From Candidatus Saccharimonadales bacterium (GTDB lineage: Bacteria; Patescibacteriota; Saccharimonadia; Saccharimonadales; UBA4665): a DNA stretch of 64,000 nucleotides. Every line of letters starts with the position of its first letter. The first letter of the stretch is position 1. Position numbers and translations under genes: made by a program. The notes beneath the pieces were generated by a model that was not told the DNA's origin, ran no database searches, and saw nothing but the letters and a program-made list of their open reading frames with translations. Below are positions 18,293-27,116 of the stretch, piece after piece. The stretch is taken from NCBI GenBank assembly GCA_035758575.1, contig DASTXH010000017.1, positions 22,945 through 86,944 of the forward strand, in the 5' to 3' direction.

Positions 18293-20470
18293 TTACATCT
18301 CTGGCTCGGCCGGAGTACTGGCCATCGCCGCCGGACTTTCCGAAAATACTTCGTCCATGCTGCTGATAAGCACGTCGCGCGGGCGGGAGCCATCCGCCGG
18401 GCCCACGATGCCCTGTTCTTCCATGGTTTCGATCAAACGGGCAGCGCGGCCGTAACCAATGCGCAGGCGGCGCTGCAATAAGCTGGTACTTGCCTTACGA
18501 CCTTCAATCACGCAGCGCACGGCATCTTTGAACATATCATCATCACCGTCGCTGGCACCCATATCGGCCACCACACCGCCCTTGCCGTTCAGCACTACCG
18601 GCTGGCTGACCACTTCATCGTTGTATTGCGGCGGCTGCTGCATGCGGATAAAATCGGTTACTTTGGCAGTCTCGTCATCACTGATGAAAGCGCCCTGCAC
18701 ACGCCGGGGTTTCGGCATATCTGCAGTCAGTAGCAACATATCACCCTGCCCCAGTAGCTTCTCGGACCCGATTTGGTCGATGATGGTGCGCGAATCTACC
18801 TGGCTGGCGGTAGTAAAGGCAATGCGTGCGGGCACGTTAGCCTTGATAAGGCCGGTAATAACATCGACACTCGGGCGCTGCGTGGCCAGCACCAGATGAA
18901 TACCCACAGCGCGTGCTTTCTGGGCAATACGCACGATCAGAGCTTCAACGTCGCGGGCGGCCATCATCATAAGGTCGGCAAGCTCGTCGATGACAATCAC
19001 GATATACGGCATGCCTTCTTCTTTTTTGAGCTCGTTGTATTCGCCGATATTACGCTTACCCACCTCGGCCAGTGCCTTGTAGCGGCGTTCCATCTCGGCC
19101 ACTGCCCATTTAAGGGCGCTGATACATTTTTCCGGCTCCGTAATGACCGGCGTAAGCAAGTGCGGCATATCGTCGTACGGCTTGAGCTCTACTTGTTTAG
19201 GGTCAACCAAGATCAGCTTCAGGTCGGCCGGCGAGTTGCGGTATAGCAGGCTCGTGAGGATAGTGTTGATCATCACCGATTTACCGGAGCCGGTCTGTCC
19301 GGCAACCAACAGGTGCGGCATCTTGCCGAGGTCAGCAACTACTGGTACGCCCGATATATCCTTGCCGATTGCAAAGCCTAACTTGCCCTTGATACCCTGC
19401 CATTCGCGTGAGGTAAGGATAGAGCTGAGCCGGACAGTGGCAGACTTGAGGTTGGGGATTTCGATACCGACTGCGCGCTTGCCAGGAATGGGCGCCTCTA
19501 TGCGGATTGACTGAGCGGCCAGATCCAGCGCCAGGTTGTTCTCCAGCGCGGTAATTTTGGTAAGCTTTACACCCGTGGGTGGCTTCAGGGTAAACTGCGT
19601 AACGCGCGGGCCGATATTGGCGCCCTCCATCTCGACATCAATATTGAAGTTGGCAAAGGTGTCGTGGATGGCCTGAGCGTTGGCATTGACGTTGCCTGGG
19701 TCGGCTTTGTCCTGTTTCTGATCCAACAAATCAATACCTGGGAACTTCCAGTTGGGATCGCTGGGCGCCGTGAGCGCTTCGTGGTTTTCGGCTGGTGCGA
19801 GTTTTTGGGCAGTATTCTTGAGCGTGGACAAGCGGGCTGGAGCCGGCTCGTTACCGTGGTGCTCCACCGGCACGCCTTCGTTTAGCTTAAAGTTGCTGGG
19901 CTCGGCCTTAGCCTTTAGCGCTGCCAGCTCATTTTCATCGCGCGGTTCACGCTTGAACAAACCAAATAGCGATAAGATTACCTTCGGCGAGATGGCGAAG
20001 GCAAAGAAAACAGCCAAGACTGTGAGTACCAGGAATAAAATTGCTGCCGGCAGCTTATCGAACGCCATCAGCGCCATATTGCCGAACAGCTCGCCAACTT
20101 TGCCGCCGTTGCCGCCCTGCCAAAGCCCGGCCGCATCCTTTTCGACGAAACTTACGTGCAAAAGCCCTGCGGAAAAGATAAGGATAGCCAGCATGCCGCC
20201 GAACTTACCCACCGAAATACGATGGTCTTCGCTCATAAACTTGGTAACGCCCCAATATGCAAGCGCCAGCGGCATCAGGTATGCCGCCCAACCAAACACG
20301 GCGTAGGCTGCCTTGAATGCATCAATAGGCACTAATCCACCAGTACCAAAACCGCCCAACAAAAAGAACAGTGCACCAAGGCACAACAATGTGGCGCCGG
20401 CAAACGCCCAGAACGGTGACCGTTCGTGGACGGGTTCTACTTTCCTGCGTGATTTTTTATGTTTTGCCAT
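18293..20470 (-). CDS. ftsK: DNA translocase FtsK/SpoIIIE
   Basis: 725 aa with N-terminal TM helices, Walker A VAGQTGSGKSV, Walker B IVIVIDELADLMM and a C-terminal gamma wHTH (LLQRRLRIGYGRAARLIE). Confidence 0.9.
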   Translation of the reverse strand: MAKHKKSRRKVEPVHERSPFWAFAGATLLCLGALFFLLGGFGTGGLVPIDAFKAAYAVFGWAAYLMPLALAYWGVTKFMSEDHRISVGKFGGMLAILIFSAGLLHVSFVEKDAAGLWQGGNGGKVGELFGNMALMAFDKLPAAILFLVLTVLAVFFAFAISPKVILSLFGLFKREPRDENELAALKAKAEPSNFKLNEGVPVEHHGNEPAPARLSTLKNTAQKLAPAENHEALTAPSDPNWKFPGIDLLDQKQDKADPGNVNANAQAIHDTFANFNIDVEMEGANIGPRVTQFTLKPPTGVKLTKITALENNLALDLAAQSIRIEAPIPGKRAVGIEIPNLKSATVRLSSILTSREWQGIKGKLGFAIGKDISGVPVVADLGKMPHLLVAGQTGSGKSVMINTILTSLLYRNSPADLKLILVDPKQVELKPYDDMPHLLTPVITEPEKCISALKWAVAEMERRYKALAEVGKRNIGEYNELKKEEGMPYIVIVIDELADLMMMAARDVEALIVRIAQKARAVGIHLVLATQRPSVDVITGLIKANVPARIAFTTASQVDSRTIIDQIGSEKLLGQGDMLLLTADMPKPRRVQGAFISDDETAKVTDFIRMQQPPQYNDEVVSQPVVLNGKGGVVADMGASDGDDDMFKDAVRCVIEGRKASTSLLQRRLRIGYGRAARLIETMEEQGIVGPADGSRPRDVLISSMDEVFSESPAAMASTPAEPEM

Positions 20471-20537
20471 AATGCTTACTTAAAAAATTATACCCTCGTA
20501 ACTTCTTATGGTCTAGCGTTTGGCGCTATCAAACTAA

Positions 20538-20566
20538 ACTATAGCAATTTTTACTACATTTGTCAA
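20538..20566 (-). promoter_or_regulatory. Candidate sigma-70 promoter of ftsK (TTGACA-N17-TATAGT)
   Basis: Reverse strand: TTGACA (20561-20566), 17-nt spacer, TATAGT (20538-20543), about 70 nt upstream of the ftsK ATG. Confidence 0.5.
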
Positions 20567-20571
20567 AACTG

Positions 20572-21456
20572 CTAGTGCTTTGGGCTGAGCAACTGTAAAT
20601 TTGTTAGCATATCCACTCGGGCGCCTGCCTCACGAGCGGCCAACTGCTGATAATCAACTTGATCTATAGTACAGCGAGCGTTAAATACATCTTCGCACAG
20701 CCGCGAAAATTCGGGATTAAGTGCGTTGAGAAAATCGGGAGTGACGATGCCCAATCCGTCCACGCTCTGTTTCCATTTGGCCGGATAGCCTTCTATACTG
20801 GGATGTGCAACGTCGCGCTGCGCCAGCCTGTCCAATGCCACATAGCCCACACGTTTACCGCGCGCTTCGTAAGCTTCATCCTTTTTAATCATGCCGCCGG
20901 CTACCTCATCGAACGACCCGAAAACGCATTCGTTTATTCCGGTGCCGGGATACTTCCGTTGGTAGTCAGCCAGCGTAACGAAGCAGCGCGGGCACGATTC
21001 GACCGTATAGGCCAAAATTGCGTGCCTGCCTGTGCCCAGTGCCGGCTCTAAGCCGGCGAGCTGGTGCCTGGGCTGGGCATTATAGTCGAGCGGAACTGCC
21101 GGCAACAAATGCTCGCCCAACAGTTTACGTTCCTTGACGGAAAGTTTAGCATATGGACGACGCGACAGTTCATAGAGATCGAGTGCGACACACTCTGCAT
21201 GGGAGGTAAACCGCTGGCCGCTAAAAACCTGATTTCGGGCAGACAGCTTGTACTCTAGGCCCCCTTCGCGATGAACAAGCACCGCCCCCACGCCGTAATC
21301 GCCTGCCTCAAGCGCTAAAATTGCTTGGTCTATGGCAATCGCCATGTACGCTTCGTACGTATGGGGCGTGGCAGCACTTTTCAGTTGTTCAAGTCGGTCT
21401 CTAAACCCTGCAATCAAAGGCGCAGATTCAGGACCAGATGGCAGTTCAGATGCCAT
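20572..21456 (-). CDS. Cytidine/deoxycytidylate-deaminase-fold protein, divergent (long insert between zinc motifs, extra C-terminal domain)
   Basis: 294 aa. TadA-like N-terminus (YMAIAIDQAILALEAGDYGVGAVLV), an HAE motif (TSHAECVALD) and a CxxC (ESCPRC) about 75 aa later. Confidence 0.55.
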   Translation of the reverse strand: MASELPSGPESAPLIAGFRDRLEQLKSAATPHTYEAYMAIAIDQAILALEAGDYGVGAVLVHREGGLEYKLSARNQVFSGQRFTSHAECVALDLYELSRRPYAKLSVKERKLLGEHLLPAVPLDYNAQPRHQLAGLEPALGTGRHAILAYTVESCPRCFVTLADYQRKYPGTGINECVFGSFDEVAGGMIKKDEAYEARGKRVGYVALDRLAQRDVAHPSIEGYPAKWKQSVDGLGIVTPDFLNALNPEFSRLCEDVFNARCTIDQVDYQQLAAREAGARVDMLTNLQLLSPKH

Positions 21457-21467
21457 GGCACATATAC

Positions 21468-23615
21468 TTAATCAACGCGTGGATCCTGAGTAAGCAAGCG
21501 GGCGCGCATCTCCTGGAAGCGGCGCTGTTGCTCGGCAGCGATTTGTTCGGCCGTCTTGGTGTCGCCACCGTTTACAACCGTTGTAGCCTCGGGCCGATCT
21601 CCGCCCTTACCGAGCGAAATGATATTCACCACAGGTATGACTATTGGACTACGCTGCGTGCGGTCAAACAGATAGTGTGTAACGTGATCCTTCAGCTCGG
21701 CCTTGAACCGATCGAGATCAACGCGCTTGAAGCGTTGCTGTACGGCGCGGCGCAGTTCGGCACGCAAGCCGTTCATGATCTCTTCGTTATCACGCATATA
21801 GATGAAGCCGCGGCTGATGATGTCGGGGCTGGTAAGCAAGTTGCCCGACTTCTTGTCAATGGTCAGCACTACTGCCACCAGGCCTTCTTCGCTCAGCAGC
21901 ACGCGGTCCTTTACGACCACATTGCTGACGACAGCGCCGGTTTGGTCAACCAAAATGGTACCATGCGGCACTTCGCCCAAGATCTCCATCTTGTCGGGCG
22001 TAAATGACACTATTTCGCCATTATCCACGTTTGCAGTATTGGCGCGTGGAATACCGTGTTCTACCGCCAGTTCGATATGATACCGCTTCGCAGTAAAGTC
22101 GCCGTAAATAGGGATGAAGAACTTCGGCTTAGTCATCTCAATCATCTCAGCATATTCATCACGCGAGCTATGCCCTGATACGTGCAACGGCCCAACGCCA
22201 TCCAGCGTATGTGTTTCCTGACGGAAAACGTGCACGCCCTTCTTCAACAGCTCGTCCACCATGCTGCGGATAGAGGCATCGTTACCGGTGTACGGAATGG
22301 GCGTGCTAGAAAGCACGACGGTGTCGGATTCCTTCAGCTTGATATGCTTGTGCTCGCCGGTGCTCATGCGCTGTAAGGCGGAGCTGGGCTCGCCCTGTGA
22401 ACCAGTACACACTACGACAAGCTCGTTATCTTTCATGTTTGCTGCCGAAGCAATAGGCACAAAGGTGCCCTTCGGCACGCGCACAAAGCCGTGGCGTACT
22501 GCCATCTCAAGCGTGCTGATCATGCTGCGGCCGTCCATAGCCACCTTGCGGCCGTGGTGCACGGCTGCGTTGATAATCATCTGAACACGGTTCATGTTCG
22601 TGCTGAACAAACCGACGAAGATACGGCCGGGAGCCTGGTCGATAATATCGATAAAGCTTTGTTCGATGGTGCTTTCCGATGGTGTGCGACCCAAGCGCTC
22701 AGTAGTGGTGCTTTCGCTCAGCAGCGCTAGCACGCCTTCATTGCCCAGCTCAATCAAGCGCTCCATATCGGTACGCTCGTGGTCGAGGGGATTTGGGTCA
22801 AACCGGAAGTCACCGGTATTGATGATACGCCCTACTGGGGTATCCACGACCACACAGGTGCTGCCGGGGATTGAGTGCGTCACGCGCACCAGCTCCACAA
22901 AGAATTCGCCGATCTTCAGGCGTTCATGCGTAGCTTCATTCATGGTAATAGTCTTCAGCTCGAAGCCATCAGGCATAGGTAGGCCGAAATTGCCGAAAAT
23001 TTCTTCCACGCGGCCTATAGTGAACTTACTGCCATAAATTGGTGCGGGTACTTTTGGCACGATATGCGGCAGACCGCCGATGTGGTCGAGGTGGCCGTGG
23101 GTAATCACATACGCCCGCAGTTTGTGCCGAATCTGCTCAAGGTAGGAGGTATCGGCAATGCCGTAGTTGATGCCCGGCAAATCGACACCGAGGTCATTGC
23201 CACAGTCGATAACGATGGCATCGTTGATGTACTCGATAAGAATCATGTTCTTGGAACCACCACCGTCGCTGCCGCCGAGTGGAATGATCTTCAGCCGCGG
23301 CTGGTCATCAATCACATTCGCCCGGCGCGGCGCGCGCTCTTCAGGGCGATGCTGCGCTGCCAAATATTGGTTGGCGATACGCTGGGCGTCCATTTGTGAA
23401 CGTTTCTGCGCCCGGACCGCTTGGCTGCGTGAAGTGCTCAGGCTATTGCCGCCCATCTGCTGAGGACGCTGCTGCCTGCGCTGGCCACGTCCATTTTGAC
23501 CGCCTTGATTATTCTGGTTGTTTGCGGGCATATTCTGTCCACCGTTTGTATTGTTCGGATTCCCGCGCCGTGGTGGCCGGTTCCGTTTCTGGTTATTGGT
23601 AGTATCTGGTTGCAT
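21468..23615 (-). CDS. rnj: Ribonuclease J
   Basis: 715 aa with metallo-beta-lactamase motif ITHGHLDHIGG and beta-CASP and C-terminal domains. About 95 aa of N/Q/G/R-rich N-terminal extension. Confidence 0.9.
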   Translation of the reverse strand: MQPDTTNNQKRNRPPRRGNPNNTNGGQNMPANNQNNQGGQNGRGQRRQQRPQQMGGNSLSTSRSQAVRAQKRSQMDAQRIANQYLAAQHRPEERAPRRANVIDDQPRLKIIPLGGSDGGGSKNMILIEYINDAIVIDCGNDLGVDLPGINYGIADTSYLEQIRHKLRAYVITHGHLDHIGGLPHIVPKVPAPIYGSKFTIGRVEEIFGNFGLPMPDGFELKTITMNEATHERLKIGEFFVELVRVTHSIPGSTCVVVDTPVGRIINTGDFRFDPNPLDHERTDMERLIELGNEGVLALLSESTTTERLGRTPSESTIEQSFIDIIDQAPGRIFVGLFSTNMNRVQMIINAAVHHGRKVAMDGRSMISTLEMAVRHGFVRVPKGTFVPIASAANMKDNELVVVCTGSQGEPSSALQRMSTGEHKHIKLKESDTVVLSSTPIPYTGNDASIRSMVDELLKKGVHVFRQETHTLDGVGPLHVSGHSSRDEYAEMIEMTKPKFFIPIYGDFTAKRYHIELAVEHGIPRANTANVDNGEIVSFTPDKMEILGEVPHGTILVDQTGAVVSNVVVKDRVLLSEEGLVAVVLTIDKKSGNLLTSPDIISRGFIYMRDNEEIMNGLRAELRRAVQQRFKRVDLDRFKAELKDHVTHYLFDRTQRSPIVIPVVNIISLGKGGDRPEATTVVNGGDTKTAEQIAAEQQRRFQEMRARLLTQDPRVD

Positions 23616-23645
23616 GTAGGTTTCTCCTTTATATGCAAAATAAAT

Positions 23646-24266
23646 TTAGTTTCGTATGTCGTGCTTCGCTGCTTGCGCCAAGATGCTTGGAATAGTGGCA
23701 AAATCATCAAGAAGCGTCTGGCGAAGCGACCGGTTATATAGTGCCGCAGCCGGATGGAACAACGGCAGGATAACCAGGACAAGCGGATCGGCCGCCGCAC
23801 CTTGCGCAGACTCCAGCGTATACTGCTGAGGCTGACCATGTACGGCGCCTATTTGCAAGTCCGGCAAGAAGCAATTCAGGCCGTGGCGGCCAAGGGTAGC
23901 CACTATTTTCGGCCGAATTACTTCTAGCTGAGCCTGCAAGTATGGCAGGGACTCCTGTTTTTCCGCTGGGAGCGGATCGCGGTTCTTGGGCGGGCGGTAT
24001 TTCAGGATACTGGTAATGTAAATGTCTTCGCGTTTCATGCCAATGCTTGCCAGCAGCTCATCCAAAAACTTGCCTGACGCACCTACGAACGGCCTTCCCT
24101 GTTCATCTTCGAAGCGACCCGGTGCTTCGCCTACAAACACAACGTCGGCATCAGCGTTACCCTCGCCGAATACAATGTTGGCGGCCTGAGCGGCCAGCAC
24201 CGGCGTAACGTTATTGCCGATCATTCGCTGCTTGATGTCGTCAAGCTTTTGCTGTTTTGTGGTCAT
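23646..24266 (-). CDS. Uracil-DNA glycosylase, family 4/5 type
   Basis: 206 aa with motif A VFVGEAPGRFEDEQGRPFVGASGKFL and a motif B region HPAAAL. Confidence 0.85.
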   Translation of the reverse strand: MTTKQQKLDDIKQRMIGNNVTPVLAAQAANIVFGEGNADADVVFVGEAPGRFEDEQGRPFVGASGKFLDELLASIGMKREDIYITSILKYRPPKNRDPLPAEKQESLPYLQAQLEVIRPKIVATLGRHGLNCFLPDLQIGAVHGQPQQYTLESAQGAAADPLVLVILPLFHPAAALYNRSLRQTLLDDFATIPSILAQAAKHDIRN

Positions 24267-24459
24267 GATGGAACAAATTCCGTATAAACTTCACGATATT
24301 ACGGACGCCGCCGATAAGGAATAGTATGCCAAGCACGTATTCCCAAAGCGCCCCGCTGTTAATCGCCAGACTAGCGATGACGTAGGTAGCGGCTAGCTCC
24401 ACCACACCAAAGGTGAGGAGCCCCCACCTTGTTTGATGCCATATCGCTAGCCGTTCCAT
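24241..24459 (-). CDS. Small two-TM membrane protein (hypothetical)
   Basis: ATG at 24459 gives about 72 aa with two hydrophobic helices. Sits between pnp and the UDG gene and overlaps the UDG start by 26 nt. Confidence 0.35.
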   Translation of the reverse strand: MERLAIWHQTRWGLLTFGVVELAATYVIASLAINSGALWEYVLGILFLIGGVRNIVKFIRNLFHHDHKTAKA

Positions 24460-24466
24460 ATGTATG

Positions 24467-26608
24467 TTACTTTTTACCTTCAAGCTCTCGAGCAGCCGCC
24501 TTCATGCTGAGCTGCAACCGTCCGCGATCGTCGATAGCAAGTAACTTCACCGTCACTTTGTCACCCTCATGCACGACGTCGCTTGGTTTGTTCACGCGCT
24601 CTTCGCTCAGTTCGCTGACGTGTACCAGGCCTTCTTTACCCGGCAGAATTTCGACGAATGCACCAAATTCTAACACGCTTACGACACGGCAGTCGTAATA
24701 TATTTTACCCACTTCAGGCACAGCCGTCAGCCGACGGATATAAGCGATAGCGCCGTCGATAGACTCCTTGTTTGGGCTGGCAATCAGCACGGTGCCGTCG
24801 TCCTTGATGTCGATCTCGGCACCTGTTTCGGCGATAATCTTATTGATGGTTTCGCCGCCCTTGCCGATGACCTCGCGGATTTTGTCTGGGCTGATCTGGA
24901 TAGCCTCTACGCGTGGGGCGTACGGGCTCATCTCGCTGCGTGGGCCTGCCAGCGTCTCAAGCATATGCGCCAGAATGAAGGCACGGCCTTCCTTCCCCTG
25001 CATGATTGCCTGCTTCAATGTTTCTACTGGTAAGCCGTGTACTTTCATGTCCATCTGCAGTGCGGTAATACCCTCGCTAGTACCGGCAACCTTGAAGTCC
25101 ATATCACCGGCAAAATCTTCGGCGTCAGCTATGTCGCTCAGTACATATGCCTTGTCACCTTCCAGCATTAACCCCATAGCGATGCCGCTCACCGGACGCT
25201 TCAGCGGTACACCCGCGTCCATAAGCGCCAAACAGCTGGAACACGTTGCAGCCATGCTGGTACTGCCGTTTTGGCTCATAATTTCGGTGACTGAACGGAT
25301 AGTGTATGGAAACTCGGCTTCATCGGGAATTACTGGCAACAGTGCACGCTCCGCCAGGTAGCCATGGCCGATTTCGCGGCGGCCGGGGCTGCCCAGACGT
25401 TTCACTTCACCAACGGTGTAGCCCGGCGCATTGTAGTGGTGCATATAGCGGCGTTCGCCCGACTTCTCCATGGTGTCGACCAGCTGCACATACGACAGCG
25501 GTGCCAACGTAACAATGTTCAGACCCTGAGTAACGCCGCGGGTAAACAGGCTTGAGCCGTGCGCGCGCGGCAAAACGCCAACTTCGCTGGACAACGGACG
25601 TATTTCGGTAAGCTGGCGGCCATCAGGGCGGATATTCTCTTCTACGATACCTTTGCGCACATCTTTGTGGATAGCCATCTGAAAAGCGTCTTCGAATTCA
25701 CGCTTGACCTGTGCAAAACCATCTTCGCCAAGTTCTTCCGTAAAATGAGCGTGCATGCTGTCGCGCAAGACCTTCACCATCGCATTGCGCTCTGGGTACG
25801 GTGCGCGCAAGTCCGCGCCCAACTTACCTTCCAGCCAGGTTTCTACGCGCTGTTGGATGTCGCTATCCGGCAGCATCAGCTCATATGGCAATGGGGTCAC
25901 GCCTACCTTTTCGACCAATTCCTTCTGCAGGGCAATTGCGGGCTGCATAGCCTGAAAAGCATATTCCAGCGCGGCCACCACCTGATCTTCGCTGACTTCT
26001 TTGGCGCCAGCTTCCACCATAGTAATGGCGTGCTCGGTACCGGCGACTACAAGGTCGAGCGTACCGGCAGCCAATTCGTCTGCCGACAGGAACGCCTGTG
26101 GCTTGCCGTCTACCAGGCCAACGCGAAGGCCTGCAACCGGACCGTCGAACGGCGCACCGGTCAGCATAAATGCTGCGCTCATGGCAATCATGGCAATGAC
26201 GTCGGGGCGGAAGGCTGGGTCCATACTGAGCACCGTGGCCACACCCTGTACTTCATGCCGATAGCCCTTGGGCCACAGCGGCCGGATGGGGCGATCGATG
26301 AGGCGGCCGATAAGCACTGCTTCGTCGGATGGTTTGCCTTCACGCTTGATGAAGCGGCTGCCGCTGATCTTGCCGGCGGCATAAAAGCGTTCTTCGTAGT
26401 CGATACTCAGCGGAAAATAATCCAATCCGCTCACCTGGTTTTCGCTCATCATAGCGGTGCCTAGGACGACCGTGTCGCCGTAGGTAGCAAGGACTGAAGC
26501 CGTGGTGCGGAAGCCCACGCGGCCAACCTCTAGGGTTAGCGTGCGGCCGCACAGCTCAGTCGAAACGCGAATAATTTTTTTGCCGTATGGGTTAATGGTT
26601 TGTCCCAT
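24467..26608 (-). CDS. pnp: Polyribonucleotide nucleotidyltransferase (PNPase)
   Basis: 713 aa with two RNase PH domains plus KH and S1 domains (…GKIYYDCRVVSVLEFGAFVEILPGKEGLVHVSEL). Confidence 0.95.
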   Translation of the reverse strand: MGQTINPYGKKIIRVSTELCGRTLTLEVGRVGFRTTASVLATYGDTVVLGTAMMSENQVSGLDYFPLSIDYEERFYAAGKISGSRFIKREGKPSDEAVLIGRLIDRPIRPLWPKGYRHEVQGVATVLSMDPAFRPDVIAMIAMSAAFMLTGAPFDGPVAGLRVGLVDGKPQAFLSADELAAGTLDLVVAGTEHAITMVEAGAKEVSEDQVVAALEYAFQAMQPAIALQKELVEKVGVTPLPYELMLPDSDIQQRVETWLEGKLGADLRAPYPERNAMVKVLRDSMHAHFTEELGEDGFAQVKREFEDAFQMAIHKDVRKGIVEENIRPDGRQLTEIRPLSSEVGVLPRAHGSSLFTRGVTQGLNIVTLAPLSYVQLVDTMEKSGERRYMHHYNAPGYTVGEVKRLGSPGRREIGHGYLAERALLPVIPDEAEFPYTIRSVTEIMSQNGSTSMAATCSSCLALMDAGVPLKRPVSGIAMGLMLEGDKAYVLSDIADAEDFAGDMDFKVAGTSEGITALQMDMKVHGLPVETLKQAIMQGKEGRAFILAHMLETLAGPRSEMSPYAPRVEAIQISPDKIREVIGKGGETINKIIAETGAEIDIKDDGTVLIASPNKESIDGAIAYIRRLTAVPEVGKIYYDCRVVSVLEFGAFVEILPGKEGLVHVSELSEERVNKPSDVVHEGDKVTVKLLAIDDRGRLQLSMKAAARELEGKK

Positions 26609-26766
26609 GGGTAATGTTTGACCTTTCTACCGCGGGTGGCTTGACCGGCATGGTTCACACACAGGGAGCAAATATCCAGCTGCCTTGTGCGAAAAAGCTG
26701 GTATATCTGGTGCTCTGTAAGCGAACGCCGGTAAGCCTCTAGCGTGCTGTTAATGTGCACAAGCGT

Positions 26767-26790
26767 GCTTTCTCGATGACTCGAGAAAGC
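26767..26790 (-). terminator. Perfect 10-bp hairpin just after rpsO (rpsO attenuator / pnp leader processing-site candidate)
   Basis: GCTTTCTCGA-gtca-TCGAGAAAGC lies 13 nt after the rpsO stop. There is no U-tract, so partial termination or RNase III-type processing is more likely than a strong terminator. Confidence 0.35.
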
Positions 26791-26802
26791 TGGTCTATGC
26801 AC

Positions 26803-27069
26803 TTAGCGGCGGATGCCGAGCTTCTGGATGAGGCTCAGGTATGCGCTACTGTCGTTTTTGGCAACGAATGCCAACAGGCGGCGGCGGCGACCGACCAGCT
26901 GCAGCAAGCCGCGGCGGGCTGCAAAGTCTTTGCTGTGTACCTTCAGGTGCTCAGTAAGTTCTTTGATGCGCTCGGTGGCTACGGCGACCTGTGTGGCAGC
27001 GCTACCGGTATCGGTTTTGTGTGCCTGCACGCTAGCGATGGCGGGCTGTTTTTTCTCACTTGTAATCAT
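26803..27069 (-). CDS. rpsO: 30S ribosomal protein S15
   Basis: 88 aa containing ...TGSAATQVAVATERIKELTEHLKVHSKDFAARRGLLQLVGRRRRLL. Confidence 0.95.
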   Translation of the reverse strand: MITSEKKQPAIASVQAHKTDTGSAATQVAVATERIKELTEHLKVHSKDFAARRGLLQLVGRRRRLLAFVAKNDSSAYLSLIQKLGIRR

Positions 27070-27116
27070 ACTCGAGTATTTTACCAGATGGGCTATCAGA
27101 TTACAAGCAGCTCACT

